Shown here piece after piece: positions 48,148 through 57,611 of a DNA stretch of 64,000 nucleotides. The stretch is from Escherichia phage FEC14, in sequence record MG383452; one strand, 5' to 3'. The notes beneath the pieces are model-generated. The model made no database searches. It worked only from the letters and a program-made list of their open reading frames with translations, and was not told where the DNA came from. The translations under genes and the position numbers were made by a program. The stretch's first letter is position 1; every line of letters starts with the position of its first letter.

Positions 48148-48231
48148 GATATAATCTTACCTTTCAACCTGGTGAACCCATCGTTCGCCAGTTATTGAAT
48201 AATACGCATTTGCCTTATAGAAGTAAACCCC

Positions 48232-48264
48232 TAAAAGTAAAAATCCCCAACGTTTGTTGGGGAT
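48232..48264 (-). terminator. rho-independent terminator downstream of ACP-like gene
   Basis: ATCCCCAAC-GTTT-GTTGGGGAT hairpin followed by TTTTACTTTT on minus strand. Confidence 0.5.
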
Positions 48265-48270
48265 CTTCAG

Positions 48271-48603
48271 TTACTTGCGCAGGGCAACCACGTATTCGGC
48301 AAGTTCACCCATGGTCGGGTCGTCGCCTTTACCGCCCAGCCAGCCATCAGAGATCTCGACATTGAACTCTTCTTCTAGTTCCATGACGATTTCGATGGCA
48401 TCAAGATCGTCGCCGCCGAGGTCTTTCTTGGTGCGGAGGCCAGCCAGTTTATCCAGGGCGTCATTCATAATCACTTCCGCGTCGACGATGCCTTTGATGC
48501 TGCTCTTGTCTTCGTCACTGACTTCCAGGTTCAGATTGTCAGTGGCGTACTGAGCCAGGTGACGCATTACTTCAACATAAGTTGGTTTGTTTGACATAAG
48601 CAT
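48271..48603 (-). CDS. acyl carrier protein-like protein lacking the phosphopantetheine serine
   Basis: 110 aa; DLGGDDLDAIEIVMELEEEF aligns with E. coli ACP [20 protein letters not shown], Ser replaced by Asp; C-terminal extension. Confidence 0.55.
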   Translation of the reverse strand: MLMSNKPTYVEVMRHLAQYATDNLNLEVSDEDKSSIKGIVDAEVIMNDALDKLAGLRTKKDLGGDDLDAIEIVMELEEEFNVEISDGWLGGKGDDPTMGELAEYVVALRK

Positions 48604-48632
48604 ATCTCAAAATGAAGGCGGGTTTCCCCGCC
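48604..48632 (-). terminator. stem-loop/terminator (GGCGGG-TTTC-CCCGCC) of cassette family
   Basis: hairpin followed by TTCATTTTGAGAT and ATG of ACP-like gene. Confidence 0.45.
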
Positions 48633-48640
48633 AGTTGAAT

Positions 48641-50857
48641 TTAGATTTTGACTTCTTTTTCAGCCAGTTCGGCAGTGACAGTGTATTTCACCCCATCAAC
48701 TTCCACATCCATAGTGGATTCTTCCAAATCCAGGTCGGTAAACCAACCATGGCCTGCAACAATCCCATAAACTACCTTGGACAGCGTTTTGTTCAGAGAT
48801 CGAACTTCGTTGATAGCTGCTTTTGCTGCATCACCAATCCAACTTTCGATCAGCTTTTTCTGAGTCTCTTCCGGTACGCTGGTGATCATCGGCGATTTAA
48901 CAAACGCATTGTATTCGGCCAGGGCATTAGCGATCAGCTGATCAGCGACATTCAGTTTTTTACCGTCCGTCTGTTTTTTGATAACAGACGCGATGCTCGG
49001 CAGTGAAGATGCGCCTTTGATTTTCACATTCAATTCACGACTCATATAGACATCGGTTGATTCTACAGAAGAAGTCTTCGGTGAAAATCCATAGTCGCGA
49101 ATGCCGTTTGCTGACAGGAAATCAGCCGCTTCTTTGCCATATTTTGAAGCCAGACCAGTAGCGTTGCCTTTGCCAACCAGTTCATCACGGTAGAATTTCA
49201 GAACTTTTTGCTTTGCCTTCAATGCTTCACGGCGCACATTGTCTGCAAAGAATTCAGCAGCACTGATATTCTTTGTCATGGCGCGGTTAACCATTGGGAC
49301 ACTTTCCAGATTTACAATGAAGACTTCCGGCCCACCAAACACATGAACACCCATGGCAGTCAAATCCTGTGCCACCTTAGCCCGAATAATCGGAGAATCT
49401 GCAGTGATAGGCATTGTTTTCAGGTTGATGATACCATCCTTGACAATGGTGTAATTGCGATAACGCCAGGTTCCCAGCTCTTCAGGAAGTTCATATTTCT
49501 TCTGTACAAACTCAGGCACAACAACCGTTCCGTGTTGAACTGTCTGCACACTGATGTTAGGACGTTCTGAATTGTAGACCAAATTGCTGATCGGGACAAT
49601 CCCTTTATCATCTGCTGGATTGAATTCGGGGGTCCAATCTTCGTGCTCGGCCAGTTTGAGCGCCAGGGCTTTACGCTCTTCTTTAGAAGTCGCATTCGCA
49701 ATCTCTTCGGCCAACTTGTCTTCGGTGTCATCAACTTTCTGTACAGTACCGCGCCCAATGCTCTTGTAAGAGAATAGCGGATGCTTAGTGACAATAGAGA
49801 CATCTGCTTCAGCCAGATACGTCAGAACATCAACAATGGTGGTGGCGTCTTCAGCCGGAACCATATTATAATCGATGCCATCAACTCCTCGCAGAGATTC
49901 GTCTACGATAGCCTGGGTCAGATCGACTTTGATGTTGGAATAGTCCTGCTTGGTGAAACAGTTGCTGTATTGTTTGATGAAGCGGACGTCACCCGTTTTC
50001 TTCAGCGCAGCCCAAACCAAATCTGCGTCCATGGTATACACGCCGTAAAATGCCAGCACGTATGCCGCTTGGATGTCTGCCAGATTATCCAGCTGGTCGA
50101 TCATGTTGGGGTTTACAACCCACAGCTGAGAAACGCTTTCAGGGATGCTGACGTGGCCAATAGGGTGCTCTTCATCAGGATGCACAGCTAAAACAGTCGC
50201 CACGCCATTTTCAACATAAATGGCATGGGTGTAAACCAGGGGAACATCGACCACCACTTTCGGTGAAGAAGTTTTTAGCACGTTTTCCAATTCGGTCTGA
50301 TATTCATTCTGGCCTTCGGCGAATACGTGGGTCGCACCAGAACGTTCTGCCATTAGCGCCAGCAGTTCGCGATTACAATACCAACCGTATTCGATGAAGG
50401 TAATGTTATCAAACGCTTTGGGCAGTACTTCAGCGGCATCCAGGATTTCATTAGAACGCCAGCAGTTGTCATATCCGTCAGTCATGAATGCCAGGTTATT
50501 AACATAACCAGGTTTATTCAGGCTAATGGCAGTTTCCGCAGCCAATTTCAGCGGCTCAACAAAACCAGTACAACCAGAAGGCTTCAGGAAACGGTCAATT
50601 AGATTATTGATCTCAGTGAGATCAGTTGCACTGTTAATCTGACGTCCGGCAAATACCGTTCCGAAATCACCGCGAGATGAAAAGTAAAGGATGCTCACAG
50701 TATCTTCCGGTTTCACCAGGGAAGGCAGGTTCTCCTTCAGATGCTTACGGACTTCTGGAAGTGAACGATACATGGAACCGGAGATATCCACAACGATTAC
50801 ATGGTTAGACGGCGCGACGGTCGCAACCGCATTCTTAAATGTTAATGATTCAATCAT
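48641..50857 (-). CDS. von Willebrand factor A (VWA) domain protein (738 aa)
   Basis: N-terminal MIDAS-like VIVVDISGSMYRS; ATG 50857 with GAAGG RBS (tracked ORF starts at upstream GTG). Confidence 0.55.
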   Translation of the reverse strand: MIESLTFKNAVATVAPSNHVIVVDISGSMYRSLPEVRKHLKENLPSLVKPEDTVSILYFSSRGDFGTVFAGRQINSATDLTEINNLIDRFLKPSGCTGFVEPLKLAAETAISLNKPGYVNNLAFMTDGYDNCWRSNEILDAAEVLPKAFDNITFIEYGWYCNRELLALMAERSGATHVFAEGQNEYQTELENVLKTSSPKVVVDVPLVYTHAIYVENGVATVLAVHPDEEHPIGHVSIPESVSQLWVVNPNMIDQLDNLADIQAAYVLAFYGVYTMDADLVWAALKKTGDVRFIKQYSNCFTKQDYSNIKVDLTQAIVDESLRGVDGIDYNMVPAEDATTIVDVLTYLAEADVSIVTKHPLFSYKSIGRGTVQKVDDTEDKLAEEIANATSKEERKALALKLAEHEDWTPEFNPADDKGIVPISNLVYNSERPNISVQTVQHGTVVVPEFVQKKYELPEELGTWRYRNYTIVKDGIINLKTMPITADSPIIRAKVAQDLTAMGVHVFGGPEVFIVNLESVPMVNRAMTKNISAAEFFADNVRREALKAKQKVLKFYRDELVGKGNATGLASKYGKEAADFLSANGIRDYGFSPKTSSVESTDVYMSRELNVKIKGASSLPSIASVIKKQTDGKKLNVADQLIANALAEYNAFVKSPMITSVPEETQKKLIESWIGDAAKAAINEVRSLNKTLSKVVYGIVAGHGWFTDLDLEESTMDVEVDGVKYTVTAELAEKEVKI

Positions 50858-51020
50858 CGTTATTACCTTCTTTAGTGGTATGGACGGCTTCACCTTCCGG
50901 CTTCGCCAGCATGTGTTCTATGAATTCGCGATTAGTTTCAATCTGTTGGATTAAAACTTCGCTGGGTTTAAACTGTGAGTCAAGAGAGTCAACTCCTGAA
51001 CGCAAAAATGGTTTGGTCAT
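50850..51020 (-). CDS. small ORF (56 aa), translationally coupled
   Basis: unlisted frame MTKPFLRSGVDSLDSQFKPSEVLIQQ...; start 1 nt after upstream stop, stop overlaps VWA start (ATGA). Confidence 0.3.
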   Translation of the reverse strand: MTKPFLRSGVDSLDSQFKPSEVLIQQIETNREFIEHMLAKPEGEAVHTTKEGNNDD

Positions 51021-51021
51021 A

Positions 51022-51381
51022 TCAATTCCCTTTCACTTCCATGACACCAGAAATATTCTTCAGGGCTTCACGGACTTCCGACGCCTTATCTTTCTTTACA
51101 ATCACAACAATGAAAGAAAAGTTCTTTTTCTTACGCCAATTCTTGAAATGAGTGACCAACTGGATATCTTTCTCTTCAGCACCACTTTCTCCAGCTACAG
51201 GGATATAAACTGTGCCTGACTCAATTACGACATCAGCATCGTCTGGAATATTTTCATCGAGTTCTTCACGGTATTCTCCATTAACTTTGACGCAATGATC
51301 ATCGTGCCAAGCACCCTTTTCCCAATATTCGTCATCGTTATAGTAGGCGTTGAATTCAACACCTTTCATTTTTACGGACAT
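51022..51381 (-). CDS. hypothetical protein (119 aa)
   Basis: ORF track. Confidence 0.45.
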   Translation of the reverse strand: MSVKMKGVEFNAYYNDDEYWEKGAWHDDHCVKVNGEYREELDENIPDDADVVIESGTVYIPVAGESGAEEKDIQLVTHFKNWRKKKNFSFIVVIVKKDKASEVREALKNISGVMEVKGN

Positions 51382-51481
51382 GATTTCCTCGCTTTACAAT
51401 TGGACCATTATACCTTGGCTTGTTAATTGAAACGCCCAGCAATTTGCCGGACGTTATTGATTTTGAAAGACTTTTGAAGAA

Positions 51482-52207
51482 TTACAAGTAGGACACCACG
51501 ATGGCTCTATACAGCGCCCCCACGGAATCATCAGGTTCGGCTTTCGGATCTAACAAGAATTTCTTAACACGATCACAAGCTGCTTGGCGTTTGTCTTCTG
51601 ATAGGTCACACCACGGATAATCCCCTGAAGCAGCATTACACGTTTTCGCCAAACGCAAGACAAGTTCAGAATTTAGTTCTTCAGAAGTCATGAACGAGCG
51701 AAGATACGCTTCCACCAAAGATCTTGCTTCACCATTACGTCGTTCGTTATAACGTTCATTATCGGTGCGAACAAATTCAACTCGAAATCCCCGACTTGGA
51801 TCCTTGGGATGACGAAACACGACGGATTGTCCTTTACCCTTAAGGAATTCAGAACCACCCATCTCATGTATCGCTTCCCTTTCTGACACATATTCATCAA
51901 TGTTGATCTTAGCATCTTTGACGGACACATCGATGATCTGCTTTTCTACCATCGCGCGATATGCTTCTAGTTCCCACAGCTGGGAGAAGGTCTTTTCATA
52001 GGCCAGTTTCTTACCCAACTCTTCATCAAAGTTGGCTGGGTCGATAGAAGTTGAACTATTCTTACCCCACACAACGAACCCATTGTCCATCTTGAAATGG
52101 CATGTAATGACGCGGTGACCACCAACTTCACGGTCTTCATAAATCACTTCAGCAATATGTGACTTCAGAAGTTCTGGTGTGAGTTTAATCCCTTCACGAT
52201 TACCCAT
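51482..52207 (-). CDS. hypothetical protein (241 aa)
   Basis: ORF track. Confidence 0.45.
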   Translation of the reverse strand: MGNREGIKLTPELLKSHIAEVIYEDREVGGHRVITCHFKMDNGFVVWGKNSSTSIDPANFDEELGKKLAYEKTFSQLWELEAYRAMVEKQIIDVSVKDAKINIDEYVSEREAIHEMGGSEFLKGKGQSVVFRHPKDPSRGFRVEFVRTDNERYNERRNGEARSLVEAYLRSFMTSEELNSELVLRLAKTCNAASGDYPWCDLSEDKRQAACDRVKKFLLDPKAEPDDSVGALYRAIVVSYL

Positions 52208-52451
52208 TATTCACCCCCACTTTCACCAAACGATCCAGTAATTGGTAAATCTTGCGGGGACAACGCCTTAAATCTTCATCCGACAGATATAGCACTTCGG
52301 TCTGAATATCTTTAAAAGTTGAAAGGTTATTCAACTCAGATTCGACGACGGTTTTCAATTGCGTATACGCTTCATCGCAATAATTTCGGCGGTTGCAATC
52401 GGTCATTACCTGAGATAACTTTTCAAAAGATTCTTGTATTTCCTTTGACAT
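52200..52451 (-). CDS. hypothetical protein (83 aa)
   Basis: ORF track. Confidence 0.4.
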   Translation of the reverse strand: MSKEIQESFEKLSQVMTDCNRRNYCDEAYTQLKTVVESELNNLSTFKDIQTEVLYLSDEDLRRCPRKIYQLLDRLVKVGVNNG

Positions 52452-52833
52452 CGTTTGACACCTCTAGTTGGTCACACACAGATATTACTTTACGGCACGT
52501 GTCGATATCGAATAAACCGATATGGCAGTCGCGTTTCTTGATCCCCAGATTATGAGCCAGCCAGCTGTAAGCATCACTCCTGCTCCTCTGCCCACTTTTC
52601 CAGATAGGGTCAAACGACCTATGAGCTTCCTGCTTAGCAGCACGGAGAGCGGCATTCGCCATCCTTCCCAGAGGTTGTCTACCATCCCCATGGGTATGGC
52701 AACCCACACGAGCGTCGCATGGCGAGCATACCCAAAACTTCAGTTTGTGTAGATCTGGGCGATGAGGGTAGAGTACATCACCCCCGACGTATTTGGCAGG
52801 AAGGCCGCAGTAATCACAGATGACAGGTTTCAT
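52423..52833 (-). CDS. zinc-finger (CxxC...CxxC) protein
   Basis: start MKPVICDYCG; second pair CSPCD; upstream GTG start would lie inside terminator hairpin. Confidence 0.4.
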   Translation of the reverse strand: MKPVICDYCGLPAKYVGGDVLYPHRPDLHKLKFWVCSPCDARVGCHTHGDGRQPLGRMANAALRAAKQEAHRSFDPIWKSGQRSRSDAYSWLAHNLGIKKRDCHIGLFDIDTCRKVISVCDQLEVSNDVKGNTRIF

Positions 52834-52841
52834 ATTCTTTG

Positions 52842-52870
52842 TCCAAAAGAAACCCCGCACACGGCGGGGT
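52842..52870 (-). terminator. rho-independent terminator
   Basis: CCCCGC-ACACG-GCGGGG hairpin followed by TTTCTTTTGG on minus strand. Confidence 0.45.
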
Positions 52871-52892
52871 TGCTCAGGCCGGAGCCGACAGA

Positions 52893-53264
52893 TTATTTCA
52901 ACAGAGCTTCCAGTTCTTCAAGAGATTTACCTTCAAGCTCCTGCTGTTTCTTACGCTGGATCAGTTCCAGAATAACCTGGTTGTTCGCTTTACGTTCGGC
53001 GGCGGTTGCGCTTTCGTCACGTTCTTTCAGTTTAACACCGATGATCGCTTTCACGATATCGAAACGCAGTTGTAACTGAGAGTCGACTGCGCTTTTCACG
53101 CCGATGAAATCTTCTTCATCGCTGGCGGCTTCCTTCACCTGACGGCTGAGGTCTTTCGCCAGTTCGTTTAGGGCATTCAGGTTCAGATCCCAAACCTGCT
53201 CAACAGATAGCAGACCTTTGTTAGAGTTGAAACGCAGTTTTAAACGGGTTGCTTGATCAAACAT
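52893..53264 (-). CDS. hypothetical protein (123 aa)
   Basis: ORF track. Confidence 0.4.
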   Translation of the reverse strand: MFDQATRLKLRFNSNKGLLSVEQVWDLNLNALNELAKDLSRQVKEAASDEEDFIGVKSAVDSQLQLRFDIVKAIIGVKLKERDESATAAERKANNQVILELIQRKKQQELEGKSLEELEALLK

Positions 53265-53301
53265 TTCATTGTTCCTTATTACGAATTTGTGGTCAAATCA
53301 A

Positions 53302-55320
53302 TTAGAAGATGACTTTTACAGTACGGTTAAACGCGCCGGACACTTTGACGAACACGTGGTTGCGTTGCGTCGTTGAGAATCCCAGACCGGACAGTTGGTT
53401 TTCATTCGGCTGGACTTTCATTTTACTACCCAACATTTCAAAAACCTTACGATGTTTATCCAGTTCCGGCTTCAGATATTCGTTGTAGAAACCACGAGTA
53501 CCTTCAGGATTAGCACAGCCTTCAAGAATGAAGAACACATGCTTGTTACCAGTTTGCTCCCCATCCCAATGGTTTGGTGAATTCAGAACCAGCTGTACTT
53601 TCTGGAAGGTCGCAGTCTTGATACCCCAAACTTCTTTAGACTTATCAACATTAGCCAGTTCGGACTTAATGCTAACGACTTGTTTGTCTTTAACAGTCAG
53701 GATGACTGCAGTGATACGCCCCTGATCTTTCAGGCCAGGATGGCTGAAACGATGCGTTGCGCCTTTGTATTCTACTTCGACTTCAAACCCTTCGTCGATC
53801 TTTTCACGTTGATTGTAGTTGTGGATTTCGAAACGGTATTCACCATCGCGCAGCTTGCTTTCATCTGTAAAGATGATATTTTCCACCGGAGCGCGGTTTG
53901 GATCAATACCATCCATACCGTTCATATCGATATCCAGATGGGCACCTGTCATAGAGCGACGATCACGGAAGTACACGTGCTCCATATTGTTAAAGAACAT
54001 ATGAAGATCGAGGTCGTCGTTATTGTGCCACGCCAAGGAAACGCGCAGATACCCGTCAACTTTACCACCAGCAGCCTTTACACGTTCTTTAATGGAATCG
54101 GTCACTTCACCGTTGTAAGACCAGGAGAACCCGTTGTTCCACTTGAACAGGTTAGGCGCATCTGGGTTCGCCGGAGCAACCAGGGACATCAGGTTGCTAG
54201 TATGAGAATTCTCTACAAGCACTTCCATTGAATGCGCTTTTGGCAGAACATTGCTCAGGAAATCATCAACGCTGATCTCTTCAACTTTTTCCAGGGACTT
54301 GGTCGGAGTTTTCACTTCGGCGGCCAGCTGTGCAAACGGATCCATCGCTTTCTGAGCAGCCAGATCTGCGAACAGAACGTTGTTGATTGTCAGATCATCG
54401 TAAACCGCATAACGACGCGCCAGTGAGTCTTCCAAACCCAGAGCAATAACTTCTTTCTGAGCGTTTTCGATCATGGATTTTGAAACCAGCGCTGTCGGAC
54501 GTTTGTAGTTCGCCGGAGCAACTTTGGATTCAAACGATTTAACAGCCTTTTCCAGTTCCACGCCTTCGCTGATATCTGTCAGCAGAGTGCCGATAACTGT
54601 GTTACGGATGCCGTGTGGAACATGATTGTTTGAACGGTATCCAGTATGCCATGCCCACAGAGAACGGGCTGATTCGGGGATTTGTTCATACGCTTTTTTG
54701 GTTTCAACAAATCCCTTCACTGCTGCTTTGTGTTCTGCGCCGCGATACAGAGAATTCTGGTCAATCAGTTCCAGAACGATTTCAGCTGATTCCAGAGTAA
54801 TTTCACGCAGACCGCGTTCAAACAATTCAATAGCCTGGCGGATTTCACCTTTTTTCGAAGCGATTGCGTCCGGACGCAGAACATAGCTACCCAGCAGGTC
54901 GGTGTGGAAGTGGTTGTAGGTGCGGACATTGCCGTCTTTCATTTCGTGATTCGACTCAACACCGACTTTCTTGGTATCGTTGAAGTACACGTCGACGATT
55001 ACGTGTTGCTTGACATACGCAGACAGCGCCGCAGCCACCACGTCATATTCATTACCCAGATCAATGTTGTCCCAGATAGAAATTACGTTCAGGTCGGAGT
55101 CGATGGTGATCACACCGCCGATGTTACGGATGAATTGTTTACAGCAGGTGCAGTCGTGCTCAGTACGCTCACGGTAGAGCGGGTTGGTACCAGCAGGGAA
55201 AGATGCCAGATACAGATCCCAAAGAGCATCTTTATCGATATTGGTCATGAACAGACCAGTTGCGGACATCGCCAGCACGTTGTTATTAACTGCCGTTGCG
55301 AAGGGTTTGAATTCTGCCAT
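53302..55320 (-). CDS. large hypothetical protein (672 aa)
   Basis: ORF track; no motif recognised by eye; lies in the operon downstream of regA. Confidence 0.55.
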   Translation of the reverse strand: MAEFKPFATAVNNNVLAMSATGLFMTNIDKDALWDLYLASFPAGTNPLYRERTEHDCTCCKQFIRNIGGVITIDSDLNVISIWDNIDLGNEYDVVAAALSAYVKQHVIVDVYFNDTKKVGVESNHEMKDGNVRTYNHFHTDLLGSYVLRPDAIASKKGEIRQAIELFERGLREITLESAEIVLELIDQNSLYRGAEHKAAVKGFVETKKAYEQIPESARSLWAWHTGYRSNNHVPHGIRNTVIGTLLTDISEGVELEKAVKSFESKVAPANYKRPTALVSKSMIENAQKEVIALGLEDSLARRYAVYDDLTINNVLFADLAAQKAMDPFAQLAAEVKTPTKSLEKVEEISVDDFLSNVLPKAHSMEVLVENSHTSNLMSLVAPANPDAPNLFKWNNGFSWSYNGEVTDSIKERVKAAGGKVDGYLRVSLAWHNNDDLDLHMFFNNMEHVYFRDRRSMTGAHLDIDMNGMDGIDPNRAPVENIIFTDESKLRDGEYRFEIHNYNQREKIDEGFEVEVEYKGATHRFSHPGLKDQGRITAVILTVKDKQVVSIKSELANVDKSKEVWGIKTATFQKVQLVLNSPNHWDGEQTGNKHVFFILEGCANPEGTRGFYNEYLKPELDKHRKVFEMLGSKMKVQPNENQLSGLGFSTTQRNHVFVKVSGAFNRTVKVIF

Positions 55321-55433
55321 GGTATAGTCTTCCTGTTTCAGTTCAAAGTGAGCGCCCTTATCGGGGCGCGTCGTTAAAGTGAGGTCAATATATACGTTGA
55401 AAAAGTTATTGAAGAACGAAGTAACGCGATTCT

Positions 55434-56690
55434 TTATTCAGGTTTCTTCAAACGATCTAATAAATTGACCGATCCGCGATTGAGGACAATTTCATCGCAT
55501 CGATTTTTGTATCTCCCGCCTCCATCATAACCGACCTTGCCGCGTGGCTTTTCCCCTCTCTCGATAGCCTCAACACAGCGGGTGTACTTGCTCAATTCAC
55601 AGAACATGTTCTCCAGCTGCATGACGTTCATGCACTGATCTTCCGGCGCTTCGGCTGACCAGAACTGCTCTTGGACATAACCATACTGAGCAAACAATTG
55701 ATACTGATGATCACGAACCCAGAATATGCATTCTTCATGAGTCATGCCGTCCTTATCCAGGAACATCAGGTCAATACCCGCACGGCAACCTGGACCAGCA
55801 ATAGTGAAATGATTCTCACTGAATGGATATTCATCGATGTATGTAAAATCAACCCAAATCTGGTATGCCAAGAATGGTCCAAGCCCCTCAATGTCGTCAT
55901 ACATCGCCTGGTAAACAGAGTCGGGACGGCTAAATTCCCTGAGGCGATCAAAGTAATGAGGGTGTTTGTTGACGAATGCCTTCAAAGAGCGAATGACTCG
56001 CATCGGCATGTATGGTTCCCAGCCTTCTATTTTGTATTCACCAGGATTATCTTCGGCCAGCTTCTTGGCAACCTTGTAATCCATTTCATCTATAACACCA
56101 CCCACCCGATGGACTTTTACCTTCATGCCGCCAAAGCGTTGCTCCTTATGGTTGACAACCAGTTCAGGGAAAGCTAGGCATTGTTTCAGACCGCCTGTAT
56201 TAAACGCATTGGTGAAAACTTTGCCACCTTTAGATTCGAATTCCTGAAGAACATCTCGACACCATTCAAGATTTATGTTTCCGAATTCTTCGATCGTCCA
56301 TGGACCACCCAAAGCCTGTATAGGTTCCCACATGTTGTACATGCGGAACAATACACAGTTAAACATTTTGTCAGATAGCGTGAGATCCTGATCGAGGATG
56401 ATATTATTGATCAAATTTCGAGACTGCCTATCGTGCTCTCTCCGGACGTTACAGAACTTGACCTGCCGTAGTATGGGATTATCCGTCCAAGGAGCAGGAA
56501 GACGCTGGACGTCCTTTCTCACGTGGATCTTATAACGCTCGCTCATCCATTCGTATGCGAGTTGTTTATGGAATGGGCTTAACATGGGATGTGCAGATTT
56601 AATTTTAACTTCCCGAACACCGCAATAAGGAATGTCACACGGTTTATCTTTCATGGTATCCTCTCTAGAATACAAAAAAACAGAGGCCAT
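55434..56690 (-). CDS. hypothetical protein (406-418 aa); candidate DNA-modification enzyme by context
   Basis: ORF track; alternative ATG at 56654 with GAGG RBS; first ATG sits in terminator loop. Confidence 0.5.
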   Translation of the reverse strand: MASVFLYSREDTMKDKPCDIPYCGVREVKIKSAHPMLSPFHKQLAYEWMSERYKIHVRKDVQRLPAPWTDNPILRQVKFCNVRREHDRQSRNLINNIILDQDLTLSDKMFNCVLFRMYNMWEPIQALGGPWTIEEFGNINLEWCRDVLQEFESKGGKVFTNAFNTGGLKQCLAFPELVVNHKEQRFGGMKVKVHRVGGVIDEMDYKVAKKLAEDNPGEYKIEGWEPYMPMRVIRSLKAFVNKHPHYFDRLREFSRPDSVYQAMYDDIEGLGPFLAYQIWVDFTYIDEYPFSENHFTIAGPGCRAGIDLMFLDKDGMTHEECIFWVRDHQYQLFAQYGYVQEQFWSAEAPEDQCMNVMQLENMFCELSKYTRCVEAIERGEKPRGKVGYDGGGRYKNRCDEIVLNRGSVNLLDRLKKPE

Positions 56691-56703
56691 TATAGCCTCT
56701 GTT
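56673..56703 (-). terminator. rho-independent terminator
   Basis: CAGAGGC-CATTATA-GCCTCTG hairpin followed by TTTTTTTG on minus strand. Confidence 0.5.
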
Positions 56704-56725
56704 GTTTAGTGAATAACGGATTATA

Positions 56726-57595
56726 TTAATCGAAGCGAGAGAGGTGTGTCACAGTGTTTTGAACAGGTGCGCACGCGTATACACGAACATTAGCACCCCA
56801 CACCCCACACAGCTTAGGCATATTGGTATCGTTAATGATATACGCTGGCACATAACTTTCAATTTGGCCGTTAACATCTACGGGTCGAGAAGATTTTTCA
56901 ACTGCCATAGAAAGAATTATTTCCAACGTTTTTGGAGATACCAACGCCACGCCGTTCAAATCATCAACAAATACCTGACCTTCTTCAATTGCCATGCTGG
57001 CAACGATGTCATTGATCTGACGGGAAGGGGTATTCGTCAGCATATCAGAGAAATCAGGCTCTTTGAACACAGCCATGTTTTTCAGGAATTTTCCTTTCGG
57101 ATATTCTTTGCCATTCCACATCACAGTCTCATTCACTTTGATGCATGCCTGAGGGAATTCACCTTCAACACGTAACTGGCCATCTGGGAAACCGCGTGAA
57201 TAATAATATTCCAGTGCCGGACCGACTTCATCTTCTGAGCGAATAAATTTGCTCATGTTGGAGGCATAAACACGCTGCAAGCACTCATCGCCGTTGAAAC
57301 CAGCAATGTGTGCCACGCCGTCATTGACTGTTGTGATGTCGCCCTGAGCGTCCAAAATCTGGCGCATAATGTCTTTGATGTCGACAACAGCAGGTTCTTT
57401 CAGGACTCGCGGAGATGCAGTGAACTCAATTTTCACCTCGTGGTCGAAATAAGCCGCTTCCAGTAATTCGCGGGTCTCTTCCAGAACCAGTTTGGCCTGA
57501 TTGCGAATTTTACCGAAGTCAGGGGCTGTAATATCTCCAGCCGCATTACCAAAAGCCAAATTCAATCTCACGTTTTTATTAAATGTAGTTGTCAT
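56726..57595 (-). CDS. hypothetical protein (289 aa)
   Basis: ATG 57595 (MTTTFNKN...) with GGAG upstream; longer tracked ORF would overlap regA by 71 nt. Confidence 0.45.
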   Translation of the reverse strand: MTTTFNKNVRLNLAFGNAAGDITAPDFGKIRNQAKLVLEETRELLEAAYFDHEVKIEFTASPRVLKEPAVVDIKDIMRQILDAQGDITTVNDGVAHIAGFNGDECLQRVYASNMSKFIRSEDEVGPALEYYYSRGFPDGQLRVEGEFPQACIKVNETVMWNGKEYPKGKFLKNMAVFKEPDFSDMLTNTPSRQINDIVASMAIEEGQVFVDDLNGVALVSPKTLEIILSMAVEKSSRPVDVNGQIESYVPAYIINDTNMPKLCGVWGANVRVYACAPVQNTVTHLSRFD

Positions 57596-57611
57596 AATAT
57601 AGCGACTCCAG

